DNA of 64,000 nt from Takakia lepidozioides (taxonomy: Eukaryota > Plantae > Bryophyta): NCBI GenBank assembly GCA_030704615.1, contig CM060733.1, positions 16,058,001 to 16,122,000 on the forward strand, written 5' to 3'. This document shows positions 41,211 to 54,966 of the stretch, piece after piece; the stretch's first letter is position 1; each line of letters starts with the position of its first letter. The position numbers and the translations under genes are program-made. The notes under the pieces were generated by a model that worked only from the letters and a program-made list of their open reading frames with translations, did not search any database and had not been told where the DNA came from.

Positions 41211-44200
41211 ATGGAGACCTATTATTATGTGGTGTTCGGGGTGCTGGCGGCGGTGCTGGCTGTCCTGGAGTTCAGCAAGAATAGCAAGGACCGGATCACC
41301 ACCACCCCGGCATTCTCTGCCTTCAAGAACAATTATCTTGTTGTGTACTCGCTTATGATGGGTATGGTGAATGTACTTCTTGGCTTTTTTTTCGATCTGT
41401 GAAGACAGGTGGACGCATTTGTGCAATGTTCTTCATGGCTGCGGACATCATGTGCCAGTTTGATTCCATTATCGGGAAAATGTGGCTCTTCTTTTATCTC
41501 ACTTGTGCTTAGTGACATTTTCTGCTGAAGGGCAGGGATAACTATCCCGGTCATACAGCATCTGCCAAATTTCAGCTCGGATGACCTTTGTCTAAGATTC
41601 GAAGTAACAATCCGACCTGCGAGTAGATCTTCCTCAGTTTCTTGTGAGCTGTTTGGTAGCCATGATGCATATATGCATAGATCTGCCATTTTCGGTTCCA
41701 GATGCCAATGACATTACATGTCAAATCTTTAAGGTTACCTGGTTCTGGCGGTCTTCTGCATTTCAAGATGAGTCTCGCTCTTGATATGGCACTCCGATTG
41801 CCATTGCCATTGCCATTGCCATTGCCATTGCATTGTCTGGCAATGGCATCTCAGATTGGAGCTATACATTGCTTAAAATGAAATCGATTTGGATTCCATT
41901 GCCCCCTACCTTGACTAAACTGGACCAGCGTTTTGTGTCGTCGATAGTTGGAGCAAAGTAGGCTCAGATCTACTGATTTAATGGGAATTCGTTGATGTTC
42001 CAGCTGACTATGATTTTGGTTCCTCGGAGAACCGTTTTTTCCAGTTTCATCTTGTGAAATGTGTCTTTTCTTCTGAGAACTCCTTCTGTGGTCTTGTCTT
42101 TTGTACACCACTTGTGCAAAAGAAGAGATGAAAGAAAGAAAATGCATGAGATTCAGTTGGAGTTGCCTGCAACTTTTAAGATTTTGTGAGCTTTGAATTA
42201 GCCAGCAGAGTTTTCCTTTAGTTCTTGAACTGTCTTCCTTCATTGAACATGTTCTCTGTGAATTCATCCTGCCATGACTACCCCTTGTAGTTGTAGGCTC
42301 TATTATCAACAAACCAAGACCTACTTGCCCCTCTCCTATTGGGGATTTTCCACATAGGTGGTTTTGGCTGAGTGCATTAACAGTCTGTCCAGATGGTGCC
42401 AATCATTTGCAGTGATGCCCAGTGTGAAATCTAGCCTCCAGCTCTCAGTTACCGCTTGGGAACAAGAACTTGGGGCTTTTATTTTCTAATTGCTTTCCTG
42501 AAAATGATTGGCGCAATCTGACCACCAGTGTCTATGCACTTGAGTGGTAGGAATCTGCAGCTTGTGAAGATAGATATTGTACAGTGTGAATCACAATCCA
42601 CCATTTCTTGCAGAAATATCACACTCAATCCTGCTAAGTAGTTATGTCAACCCTGCTTACATGTGTTGATGGAAGGGATTTATCTTAGTAGCCTGTTATG
42701 GTGTGTTTGTTTATCTGTTTGGGGAATGCAGCGGGGGACTGGTTGCAGGGACCATATGTATATGCGCTGTACCAGCACTATAAATATGACCAGGGAGACA
42801 TTGGCAGGCTTTTCATCGCAGGCTTTGGATCCTCTATGCTATTTGGCACAATTGTGGGCTCTCTTGCAGACAAATAGTGAGTTTAAGCAAACTGAGAATT
42901 GATTGCGATATTTTATGCTTTTCATTACTTGGACCTTTTGGAGGTATTGATAATGACCTTAGTTCACTGAAGACCTCATTAATGGCAGTCTAGGTTGTTA
43001 GCAGATGTTTGTCTAGGTCAAACCTTGCTGCAAGGCTTCATCATCCCAGGCTGCAAACTCCAGCAGTTGGATGCTGGGAAGGTGGACTTGGATGAAATTA
43101 AGTAGGTCATCTTGATGATCCAGATTCCATGACTATTAACTCATGTTGTTCAATGCCTCTCTTCCAGTGGGCGCAGGACGGCCAGTGTCACCTATTGTGT
43201 GACATACATTTTGAGCTGTCTCACAAAACATTCCCCACAGTACAGAGTGTTGATGCTTGGTCGGATTTTGGGAGGGATTTCGACGTCCCTGCTTTTCTCG
43301 GCGTTTGAGTCATGGCTTGTTGCAGAGCATTTCAAGGTAAAATCTACCACATCAATGTGGCCTTACATTGTGGACTTAGAAGTCCCATGTTTTTTCAAAT
43401 TTTCCACTTCTTTTTGTACATCAGACTCCCTGTCTCTGGGCATTGCAATTCCCCCGACAATAAAGACTTCTGTGAGATGCACTGAACTGCTGAAATTTGT
43501 TCTTGGTCTTTTTCAGAGAGGATTCGAAGCACAGTGGTTGTCATTGACATTTTCAAAAGCCATTTTCTTGGGGAACGGACTGATTGCTATTATTTCCGGC
43601 CTTGTGGCGAACACTCTGGTGGGGAACTTTAGTCTTGGCCCCGTCTCACCTTTTGATGCGGCCGCATGCACGCTGGCAGTAGGCATGGCCATCATCATGT
43701 TTACCTGGACTGAAAACTATGGGGACCCTTCAGAGAACAAGACCCTTTTTAAACAGTTTGAGCAGGCTGCTGCTGCCATAGCTTCTGGTACGTACACTTT
43801 TTGAATTTCCACCTGAGAGGTTTGCACAGTTGGAGAGGTAAGGTAAACTCTTAATATACACATGGAGACGCATAAGCTTGGTGGGTTTCTTTGAGCCTGA
43901 GTATTGCTGCATGTATCTACACTGGAGCCCATGGAGAACTCTTACAAGTATTGTAGGCATTAAGAATAGCTTTAGTTTACCAAAATGTGAACTGACCTAT
44001 CCCCATGCAGGTGAAAACAGATAATTGCTAGTAGCAATGTGCTGGCCTCAAAAGCGCAAACTTCTTTGCCATTAGCATCCTTTCCATTGAAGTCCATTAC
44101 TTACCGATGTTTCTGTCTGTTATTGTCAACAGATGAAAAGATTGCCCTGCTTGGTGCAATTCAGTCTCTCTTTGAGGGCTCTATGTACACATTTGTGTTT

Positions 44201-46565
44201 CTATGGACACCTGCCCTGAGCCCAAATAATCAGATAATTCCACATGGGTTCATTTTCGCAACTTTCATGCTTTCCTCCATGCTCGGCAGCTCATTGGCAT
44301 CTCGGCTCATGGCCCGTGCTAATCTCAAGGTGGAAGGCTACATGCAGATTGTCTTTCTTGTCTCTGCAGGCTCCCTCTGTCTACCTGTTGTGATCAGCGT
44401 GAGTCTCTCTGCCTCCATTTATTTTAATGCTGCATGTTGCTTCTCACCAAGTGGTAGCCTGACTATCCCCCCGGGTGATTGATGAAAGCAAGTGACAAAA
44501 CTTGAACCTTTATAAACCTGAGGTAGTGACCTGTGTCTCACCTTTGACCGCTTTTGGCTGCCAAGTCCCGTATGTGGTACTCTCCTCTTAGGAGTGCAGA
44601 TTTGCCAAGGGTATGTACTCTATATTCAGCTCTTTTGAGAGCTCTCTTTATATGACCATGAGCGTTTGATATTCAGTCTCTTCAAATTGTATAGTTTGCC
44701 ACCACGTGACTAGCTGACTTACCATGTGTTGTTTGACCCTTTATCTCAGTACTTTGTAGAGCCAGTGGTTGGCGTGGGTGGAAGCATCTCACCTGGAGGG
44801 AGACTCAACTTACTTGGATTTTGCCTTTTTGAGGCCTGCGTGGGAATATTCTGGCCCTCCATTATGAAGATGCGGTCACAGTACATTCCTGAGGAATCAA
44901 GAAGCACTATCATGAATTTTTTCCGAATTCCTCTGAATATTTTTGTGTGCATGATTCTGTACAATGTGAGCAGCAATCGACCCTTCATGCCTCAAATAGA
45001 TCTCTGCTTATACACAACTTCATGATTGCCTGTAGCATTTGTAGTTACCCTGATTTCTTTGCGGTCAAGGACAGTGGGCTGTAGAACAAGTGGCTTTTCA
45101 GTGCAGGGGAAGATGATTTCTGTTTAGTAGACCTCAAAGCTTCAGGAGTGGGACTAGAGCTTATTATAGTCAGCACACTGTCCTGGAAGGCCAGAGTGTC
45201 GATTTAGGCATGCAGGTACTCAGCAGAGACAAGGGAGAGAGTGTGTGTAACTCATGGTAGCCTCACAGCTAGACCTACTCTTGAATTTGGAGGCAAGTCT
45301 AGTTGCGCTTTGGTATTGGATGCTGGTCGTGAGTATTATAGGTCAGTGTCTGAACGCTTGCTATGAAATGGGGCTCCGGTCATGGCATATGCTCAACTCC
45401 CCTAACCTTAAGATCAGCATGTCATTTGACTTCTATGTGATGTTTCAGGTGAGTGCATTCCCAATCACAGTTATGTTTGGGATGTGTTCAATCTTCTTGG
45501 CCATGGCTGCGGTGCTTCAGCGACGGCTTATGTTGGTGGCTGACAAGCATAAACAGCGTAAGTTCTGTTTGCTCAATGGTGCCTTGCTTTTCTATGCAAA
45601 ACTGGGTGCCATATACCCCCCACTGTTTCCCCTTTCTGTTGTGTTGTCTCCCATGTCAAGGCTTGGCCTTGTTTAGTTGTCGTCTGGGCAATTGCAATCC
45701 CTCTTTCCTCTCTATCGGGTTGCTGTTCAAAAGTAGGCTTCCCCCCCTGAGTTCAAATTTCAGTCTAGTGCCGAGGGTGGGTAAACCCTCGAGGTCATCC
45801 ATGATGGCCTCTCCCATGTCACAGACTGGAAACAAGTTCAGGGAACTTTTCTGCGTAACTTCATTTTCATCAGACAATTTCCTGGCAACAGACATGGCTT
45901 TGGACATTAGAGCCTCTAAGTCAGATTTATCCAGCAGGGTCAAGACTTGCAGACTTAGATTCAGATCCTTGAGAATCTCTTCTACTGTCTTCCGCCAGGA
46001 CTCAGCCTGTTTGACAGGGCGATCCTGCTTCCAAGATATAGAGTCGATTAAGTTAGGATATCTGATATTAGACATACGTTGCAGCTGACCCCACCATCTA
46101 ACCTTGAATTCATCTCGTCGGGAGCTTAAGGAAGGGATGCCAAACTCACTGAACAGCCACGTTGGCTGTTTTAGAGCATGCTGACATGCACTCCTTAGGA
46201 GAAAGAAGATGGCACACTATTGCGAGGAAAAATGTCCACTATGTCGTCAGGGTGGAGCTTGCAACACTAGCATAGGGCACAGTGGGTGGTGGTTGAGACA
46301 GTAATTGAACATCTGTAGCACATGTATCAGGTCATGAAAGTGGCAATAGTTCTATCGGTAAGAGGCCATTCAAGCATCCAATGAAGGTTTAAAATTTATA
46401 ATGTGGAATGGGTACATTACAATGGGAAATTCTTGTCACCATGTCCATCAGATAATTAGACCATTTCGTCTCTAAGCTCTCTTTTTGTGCCCTTTCACAG
46501 GATCAGCTGAAAACTGGGTTGCAGAGAAGGAGCATGATTCTGAAACCGACCCTCTCAACATTTAA
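41211..46565 (+). CDS. MOT2: Molybdate-anion transporter (MOT2/MFSD5, DUF791 MFS family), 8 exons
   Basis: Exons 41211-41361, 42732-42876, 43168-43336, 43517-43787, 44133-44398, 44750-44965, 45449-45557, 46501-46565, all GT-AG and in phase. Motifs FKNNYLVVYSLMMAGDWLQGPYVY, GRILGGISTSLLFSAFESWLVAEH, WTENYGD, QSLFEGSMYTFVFLWTPAL, RSTIMNFFRIPLN. Confidence 0.92.
41797..41831. repeat. (ATTGCC)n microsatellite in MOT2 intron 1
   Basis: About 6 units of attgcc. Confidence 0.9.
45665..46140 (-). mobile_element. LINE 3' remnant, copy C, inside the MOT2 last intron
   Basis: SWRKTVEEILKDLNL...KSSLNLFPV...LGTRLKFELRGGSLLLN; homologous to copies A and B. Confidence 0.7.
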
Positions 46566-48263
46566 CTTGTGAAGAATAATATTCTTTGTAGAAGGCCACA
46601 AAAGAATTAGTAGTATCCTGTCAAGCTTGATGTAAGGAGATGATGAGCCATGTTGGACCATTGTAAGTGCCGACTGTGCACATTACCTTTTCAGTACACT
46701 AGGTTGAGGTCTACTACTCATTTGAGGAAAATGTTGAGGAGGTGCAGGACTCTTGGAAACGTTAGCGTAAGGTATTTTTGATGAATTGCTTTGTCATCAA
46801 AAGTGTGTGCAGAGTAGACACGGAACAGATTGCCCGGAGTTTTCATTATTTCCATGTTTGTGTCTCATACCAAATTCTTTGTATCATAAGGAGCTGAAAG
46901 CTATGTATGGTCTATGGACTTTTTATATCATGCCTTTCCAGTGTTGTAGCCATGTGCCTCTTTGTGACCCATCTTGGATATCCCTCACAGTTTGAACACC
47001 TTCCCCCTTTTTGCTGCAGACTAGATGGGAGCGTTTTCAAGATTGTTGGATCTTTGATTTGGGACCTAATATCTGGATCGGGAATATGTACCCCAATATG
47101 TACCCCTTTAACAGGTAGTTCTCAGAATTTCAAAGAACTGAGGAGAGTATTTAGGTTAGAGATAACCAACAAAATTTTCCACATTAAGTGTTTGATGTGA
47201 TCCGTCTGTTCTTTGGAATTTTTGCTAGTATTCGGACCTTAGGACATATTTTGACATAAATCTTTCTAGTATGGGGACTGGAGAAACTTAGTTTTCCAAA
47301 GCTTGAAAAACAGGAGGATATGACATAAATCAAATATCTGCCAAGCACTGGCTTTAGCTGCCTTTCCAATGAATGCTACAAGAGAGAACCTCCCTTATTT
47401 GAATGTATTTATTGAAATGGTGGTGCATTCTCTCACCTGATGTGGGAAGTAATGGTTCTATGCAGCTTCCATCCACAGCGGACTTGCATCTGCCATTATA
47501 GAGGAGGCTGAGACCTCCCAATGCATAATCATGGGCAGGTGCAAGGCCAATTCCAAGTTGTGGATTGTGGTGGCCAGCTTCTGCTAATGTGCCTGTGAAA
47601 AAGTCTACTCGCCCAATACGTCATGGCATAATCAGCCACTGGAAATCTGAGCAGGGCAAATAATTCTGTTTCTTCAAATTTGATGTCAAGAGGCATTTGT
47701 ATTTCTAGGGACTGACCTGTTTCCCTATCAACCATTGAACACCTCTGTCAATGGATATGAAGACTTCAGCTTAGAAAACAACAGGTAATGCCTCTTGCAG
47801 CAATTGGACCCCTAAGTTGCAGTCTTTGCAAATTTCCATCTTGACTGAATTGTTGAAGATGATAAACCTCGCCACAGGGCAATCCAGAATAGGGTTATCT
47901 TCTCTTACCATACCCCTCGAACAACTTGTATATCCAGCAACTTCCCTATAGAGGCCCATGGTGACACATCATTAGGGAGCCATCTTCAACTTCAACGCTC
48001 CCTCTTTATTCACTGTGTGTGCCCCACAGCTGGAGTTGAAAGAAACATGAATGGTAATACAGGGTGACATTCATGATGCATCTTCCACATCCACATCCAC
48101 CATGCTCCTGCAGTTAGCATAATAATATGTATCTATCCCTCTTCGTCTTTTATCGGTATCCCCCCTTCTACCTCAGATCCAATGCTACAGCAGTCTAATC
48201 CAACTACAATGTTCATTAATGTACAAATAAGAGCCAAGCAGCTGAGACAGACGAACAAGTATT

Positions 48264-51236
48264 TTAGTGGTGTAGCTCAATATAGCTATCATTTTCCTGG
48301 TCCTCCTTCCAGGCCATTAGCCTGGTGTTACCCCCCATACACATACGGCCAAACAAGCTGTTCAGCCATAAACCCCCCCGAACAGGGACCCACCCCCCTG
48401 GATACTCGCAGCCAATGCAATCAACTTTCACGCTGTGACAGGCGGGACTCCTCTCTTCCTCAGTCAATAAACTATCAGTCCAACGATGGGCCAAGTAGGC
48501 CATGACAGCCTCATGGCTGTGCTCCACCACCTCCTTGGGAGGCACCAGTAGCGGATTCTGGTCCAGCTTCAACCTCTTTAGGTTCCTCAGCTTTCCAATT
48601 GATAGTGGCAGCTCACGAACCTGATTGAAACTCAGATCAAAATCTGTCAGAGACGCCAGGTCCCCAATGGAATCGGGCACACTAACCAGGTCGTTGAAGT
48701 TGCTGCTGACATTGAGCGTCTCCAAGCTGGAGAGATTGCCAATCGTGGATGGCAGGCTCTGAAGCTTGTTGAACTGAATCTCCAGAACTTTCAGGGCCCC
48801 AAGCTCACCAATTGACAAGGGTAAAACCCTCAGTTTGTTGAGTTGTAGACAAAGCTTTTCCAAGTTGATTAGTTCCAGACCCAGGCTGGAAGGCCAGTAC
48901 TCCAGACGGTTGAGGTTTACCAGGAGCTCCACCAGATTACTGCACACATCTTATACCTCATCAATTCAACCACTCAACCACCCCCCAAGATACAGCATTC
49001 ATAGTTACTGGTAGAAACCTCACATACCATAAATGAGCAATAAGAGTCTTTAAAGAGTGACTCCACACCTACTGCGGCAAATCTTGAATAAGCCCCAAGT
49101 GAATCAGACTGTGGAGACCTGTACCATATAGAAGGAACACTAGCACCGCTTTCTCAAATGAGAAGATGATTCATCTGGTAATAAGGATGAGGCTCCAGAG
49201 CACAGCAGATGTTACAGGTTTGGCAGCATCATGTAATCCTCTATACGGAGTACTGACTTACTCAGGACAAGGAGAATTTCAGACCATTTGCAATGTGCTA
49301 GGACTGATGCAACCGTGCAAGAACAATTCACCCACATAATGTAGATTGTCACCAGCTATCTTGGTAACTTTCTATCTGCCAAGGGACAGTCACCAAGAGT
49401 CTTCCACATATATCACACAAGATGAACCTACCACCTTCCAAGAATGGGACATATCAAGCAGGCCTCTCCATAGATTCCACTTCTCCGGACAACGATGAGG
49501 CCGACATGTCAGGTTCAGTTTTCCTGGTCACTAATTACAGTTCCAGAGGTTCGCCCGTCTTGAGAGAAACAAAAAAGAAACAAATCTGGTAAACTTGTCA
49601 TTGCAAAACTCCAACAGTGTTGAGGAGCAGAACGGTACCTGCAGCGTCCAATGGACTCTGGCAAAGTCCTCAGCAAATTGTCCGACACATCTAGGAACTT
49701 CAAATTTCTCAGTAAGCCGATAGAATCCGGCAGTGCCTTGAGTTGGTTTGAGTGCACGTCAAGCGTAACCAGATTCGTCAGGCTAGATATAGAGTCGTGT
49801 AACAACTGTCATAAGCCAGTAGAAGGAGGAAGTTTGTCAACAATTGCGACATGTCACATCCAAACGAGTCATATTCTCCAATTGTTTGGAGCAAGCCATT
49901 GGCCTGATCCCTTTACAAAAGTCCTACATACGAGAAAACCTGAGTATGAACTAAAGATACTTACCTCCAACCGATTTTTCGAGATATTCAATGAAACAAG
50001 CGACCAGAGTTTGGCGAATGATTCTGGCAGACGTGTCAAAGCTCGCCCACTCAGATCCAAGTCATGGGAATGCTTCTCGTAAGCTTCTTGCATGTCCATC
50101 GCAATATCCAAATCAAGCTCCTCCCCAGGTTGAGGAAAGCCAACCGCAGGCAAGTCAGAGTTCTGATCAAGGGCAAGCTCGGCGCGGTTCACCATCTTCT
50201 CGTACCTTTCGTGGAGGTCTTCTAATTGGATCAAAGACTTATACGGCAGCTTCTCTCTCTGTGCGGCATCCTTCAGCTCGTTCTCCTTCTCCGCCTAAGT
50301 TTATCGAACGCGTCAGTACGTACAAAAGAAGGAAATCATTTGAGTACAGGTCACACCATATGCGAGCTACATGATGATCCTTTATGCTCGTACCTGTAAT
50401 ACCTCGACAAAGAGCGCACCAACAGTCTTCCCTCAGAATTCGAGGGAATGTCCACTTTAATGTAAATTGGGATTAGATTAAATCTCAGCTATAAGAGACA
50501 CCTAGCAGGGAAGGGGGGATGAGCATACGTGTTAATGCAGCGAGAGGGGGATGCAAGTCGAAACCTCCCAATCTACAAGGCGCGCAGTTCAAATAGCTTG
50601 GAATAAGACAACAGCGCCCGGATAAATATGAAAGAGAAGCTCAACTTCTGTACTTTGGCAGACTAGATGGACACTCAGAAACTAGAACTTCTCGAACAGA
50701 TTTTCTATTACTCAAACAGCTCACTGACCGCGGGCAAGAATCATCTACATGCACCTGGTATCTAATTGGAATTTCAAATACGTTGAATCACGAATCTTAA
50801 AAGCACACATGTCGGCAATCATTTGAAGCTTAGGAACCGATCCAAGACAAACCATTCTTTTCCGGAGATGTCGTATAATGGTAACTAGGCATGAATGAAC
50901 AGTCATCAACATATATATCAGGAGCTCAAGGGCATCGCAAAAAGCTCGCAAACTGAGGCAATAGCCATGTAACCAGCAAGAACATCAAAATCTTTTGCTA
51001 TCGACATGAATATGAGGGACATCATGGTGTCCAACCTGTAAAATCCTCCATCGAACAATATTCATGCCCTCTGGAGCGGCGGCCAGCGCCAATTCGTTCA
51101 ACTGCTCACTAACACGCAGCTCAATGCTCAATAGTGACTGGCGCGCTGCACCAACTGCCTCGAAATCCGGCCGGGGCCCTAGCATTTTCAACAGCTCCGA
51201 GCCAGAGTCAACCACATTCGGCTCTTTCGCAGCCAT
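48264..51236 (-). CDS. PIRL: Plant intracellular Ras-group-related LRR protein (PIRL), 4 exons
   Basis: Exons 51236-51036 (alternative ATG at 51248), 50294-49965, 49805-49639 and 48939-48264, GT-AG and in phase. N-terminal [14 protein letters not shown] and [19 protein letters not shown] coiled region, LxxLxLxxNxLxxLP repeats, [10 protein letters not shown] and [11 protein letters not shown] are PIRL hallmarks. Confidence 0.9.
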
Positions 51237-51657
51237 GCCTCTAATCATTTCTCTGGAAACAAGACGACTCCGATTCGTTCCAGAGTTCTCGAGCTCCCTT
51301 TTCTTCTCAAATGCAACCGTCTTTCTCTCTCTCTCTTGCCTCCAAGAAGAGAAATGGAGAAAGCACAGCTCTGGCAGCGAAAGAATCTGCAGGTGACGAC
51401 TTTGTTTGCTGCTGAGGCATCTCCGTCCCGCTCCTTCTGTCTCTCTGGCAGCGCGAGGCGCATTAAGACCACCGCACTCCAGGCAGGGCCCGCCCGGCCC
51501 CCACGGCCGCCGCCTGCGCTGCATGTGCACGTTGTCCTTCACTTCAAGTTCCGTACGTTGTACAATTACTTCCATCCATTAGTTTCACGCCAGCCCGGAG
51601 GTTCGAACCCTGGGCCACAAGGTTAACCCCGCCATCCTTCTACCCGGAGAAACGAAC

Positions 51658-51779
51658 CGTTAAAAGCACTTGAGGCTTATTCTGCATTATTCACAGGTCA
51701 ATTATTAGATACTGAATATGCAGCTAAGGGCAGAATCGGGCACCAGTGCCGCTTGGGCATACCTCAAGTGCTTTTAACG
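51658..51779. repeat. 122-bp fold-back element with perfect 18-bp terminal inverted repeat
   Basis: CGTTAAAAGCACTTGAGG (51658-51675) and CCTCAAGTGCTTTTAACG (51762-51779). An inner ctgcattattca/tgaatatgcag inverted pair is also present. Confidence 0.75.
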
Positions 51780-52224
51780 CCAAGGTACGGGCAGCAGAGG
51801 GCCGATTCGGCCAGGTTCGCCGACCCAGGTCTCGCCCGCCTATTCTCAAGTACATTCAAACCTTACCCGTAAGTTACCTACATGGCATGGGCCCGCTGAG
51901 CTGCATGCTGCCGAGAAAACTGGCAACCCCAAGGTGAGATGCTTTCGCGAGGCTGGCAGGAAAATTCGGGCAGAAAGTCATCTGCCCGGCCCATTACATG
52001 GCGTAATGTGTCAGGAGTAGTGGATTCTGACCGCGGACAAAAGGTTACAATTCCGTCGAGTAAGACTTAAGTAAAAGGCGGGCGGCAGAAACGACTACCT
52101 ACAGCCTATTCGATAGGTAGAGGGAAGTCCCTATGAGGATGTTTGTTCTGAAGTTGGGTGGACAAATACATGCACGACTGATTTGAGAAGGAATTTCACT
52201 AATTGTTTTGCTTGAACGTCGTCG

Positions 52225-52512
52225 CAGTGTGTTTTTCTCTGGCTAAAAATCGCCAGATTTCGACCTGGAAAATCGGTCAGCTACTTGTACAAAGGAATTA
52301 TGGGGGGTAAAATCCGAGATTTGTGCCAGAAAGCACCAGCAGATGAATTTTAGGAGCCTAATTTTGCCAACATAGACCAATTAAAACGTGCCACCTGGAA
52401 TATAGCCACTTTTCTAACTCTGTCACCTCGTTATTCTCGCCACATGGGCACTGGGCTGAATTCACAGGTGGCCCCGCCTCCGATTTTGGAACTATGAAAA
52501 AAAAAACCACTG
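52225..52512 (+). mobile_element. hAT-like MITE, copy 1
   Basis: CAGTG...CACTG termini. About 250 bp align in reverse complement with 54633-54921. Confidence 0.7.
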
Positions 52513-54632
52513 GTCCTTGGTGGGCAGGATCAAACATTATAATCTTTCTTGCACGGGCTGCCCATAGTAGGTGGGTATCCAGTCGTGCAGTGGGCAGGCC
52601 TGAAACATTCTAAAAGGAACCCTCATCTAACTGGTTAAAAAATACTGAGAAGTGTAGAAAGCATCTATGTTTGATGCGGCCTGCTACCCAGCTCGGCTAC
52701 AAAGCATACGGACAGCGCAGTACAGCAACGCTCCGAAAGTGCCGGCAGGATAAGAAAAATCGGTGCAGCAAAATCTGATGTGAGTACGGATATTTACGGG
52801 AGGTACGACTCGGACAGTACGGTGCGCCGCGGTGTAGGAAGGTACTGTTCTCGCCTGTCGTTACTTTTTATAAAACCCAGTCAACGGTCGTTGGCGCTAC
52901 TCGTCCACGAGGGTGGTGCTGGGGTCAAATCCGCACACAAAAACAAAACTCAGGAGTCCCGGAAATAGTCGAGAAATATGTCAAGAACATGGGTACAGAA
53001 GCAGAAGCAGCCCTAACAACAGCCAGGAAATATGGCTGCCAGTACAAGAGACAAACATATAGAGAAAGAAGACTGAAGCCAAGCCTAAAATACTCCTCGC
53101 AAACTAGGGTACTCTCCCCTCGAGGGTGGGCTATTTGGATTTCTTACTATGTTGGATGGGTGCTATGGGTCTTGCTAGAGTCTCCCCCGCAAGGCTTACA
53201 GCTGGACTGCAAGATCTACTTACCCTGCAAGTTTTGATTCATGTGCCTAACTACATCCACTCCCCTCATCTAAAATTTCATGGCATGTTCTGCATTCTCA
53301 GGCTGCAGATAGGAACAAGCGGCTCCGCCAGTAGAGGCTCTCTCCTTGCCCTTTCCTTAGGTGATTTTGGGGTTGTTGTTTTATACTTTTTCCAGGGCTT
53401 TGTGAATCATGCCCATCAACCCTCAATAGACTAGGCTTAATGGATAAGCCTAGTTCTCCGCCTGGTCTCCACAATGCCTCTATCCCTTGCGGGACAGAGC
53501 CAATAAAATCTGTTCACATGAACCAAATTCAACATGAAAATGCTTCAATGTCATTGGCGGTTTTAATGGGGGGCACTAACAGGTTCTGTCAGTTGAAAAC
53601 AATTCAGAAATTTTGACCGTAAATTGTTTTCTGAAATATTTTTAAACTTATTATGTTTGGTTGGGGGGAACTTTTTTTATTTTTATTTTTTTAAGAGAAC
53701 AGGGACAGTGGCCTTGGAAGCTTTATTGTAAGGAAAAAATAACCTTTCAAGAGCTATGAAGGCAAAGAAAAGAGGTAGCACTCGTAGCCAAGAAGTCCAG
53801 AATGTACCCAAGGAAAGGAGAATGAGATAGAATCAGAAAGGAAGAGATGGAGGAGAAAGATAGGAAGGAGAATGAGATCGAATCAAAAACTAAAAGCTAA
53901 AGAACTACAATCCAACTTTGCAAACTGTCTCTTCTACATACCGCCTCTTTTTCTTTTGGGAGCCTCAAAAGACAATTGCGCCTTAGATTTCCCTTTCCTA
54001 AGGCTGCGCTTATGCCTCTAATTGACTTTCCCATCTTCAGCATCTAGAGGCACTGAGTTTCTGGCACTAACGGGGTTGCCAGCAGGAAGGGAGAGCTTCA
54101 TTCCATTCAACTCGAGATTCTGCATATCTCCAGCAGAAGACACCAAATTTTCCCTAAGAGTTGTCGAAGGATGCGAGGAGCTGGGTTTTTCTCCTGACAC
54201 TGCATTTGGAAATAGCTACCACAAGAACAATCCAAGCCTTTCGAGCTTCAGACAATAAGTCTGAGTGAGCTAAGTACAAAGTCTTGTACACACATCCACA
54301 GAAGAGAGGGGGGAGATGAAGGGAGGAGGGGGCAGCATTTGTCGCTAGAGATGAAGGGACAGAGGAAGGGATAGATGAAGAGATGAAGGGAGGAGGAGGC
54401 CGCGTTCGTCAATAGCGAGGGGAGACTTGCATAACCGCTAAGTCCTCAACCCCCACACCGCAACTTGCGGAGCTCACTACCCCATCTTCCCCTCATAAGT
54501 TTGTTTTTCAACTTATTTATTTATGTGGCTAGTGGATTTTCTATAGAACTTCTTATTTCCTTACTTGTTTCTCAGCAGACTTTTTAGAGGATAAAGTACA
54601 CCTATTGTAGCCCCCCTACTCATCAAATTCCA

Positions 54633-54921
54633 CAGTGTTTTTTTTTTCATATTTCCAAAATCGCTGGCATGGCCACCTATGAACTCTACCCAGTGCCCAT
54701 GTGGCTAGAATATCGAGGTGACTGAGTTAGAAAAGTGGCTATATTCCAGGTGGCACATGTTAACTGGTCCATGTCGGCAAAATTAGGCCACTGAAATTTA
54801 TCTGCTGCTGCTTTTTGGCAAAAAAATCAGATTTTGCCCCCCCCATAATTCCTTTGTCCAAGTAGCTGACGTAGTTTCCAGGTCGAAATATGGCAATTTT
54901 TCGCCAAAAAGAAAAACACTG
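54633..54921 (-). mobile_element. hAT-like MITE, copy 2 (inverted relative to copy 1)
   Basis: CAGTGTTTT...AAAACACTG termini flanked by the direct repeat AATTCCA (probable decayed 8-bp TSD). Confidence 0.75.
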
Positions 54922-54966
54922 AATTCCATCCAATTTGAAATCTTGATGCCCATTTATCTTGAGGAC

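Noticed and set aside
41851-42402. 183-aa minus-strand ORF in MOT2 intron 1
   Set aside because: Non-ATG start, no recognisable motif, composition typical of a chance ORF.
50985-51575. Extended 196-aa N-terminus for PIRL
   Set aside because: Upstream part starts from a low-complexity leader region; PIRL similarity begins only near 51236-51248.
51590-51625. GGTTCGAACCC B-box-like motif suggesting a tRNA or SINE
   Set aside because: No A-box or cloverleaf could be built on either strand.
53300-54270. Possible LINE C-terminal tails on the minus strand (similar hints at 46880-47110, 58490-58790, and an ORF1-like SYAE motif near 62415)
   Set aside because: Only loose motif impressions with no diagnostic domain or boundaries; not reported as features.
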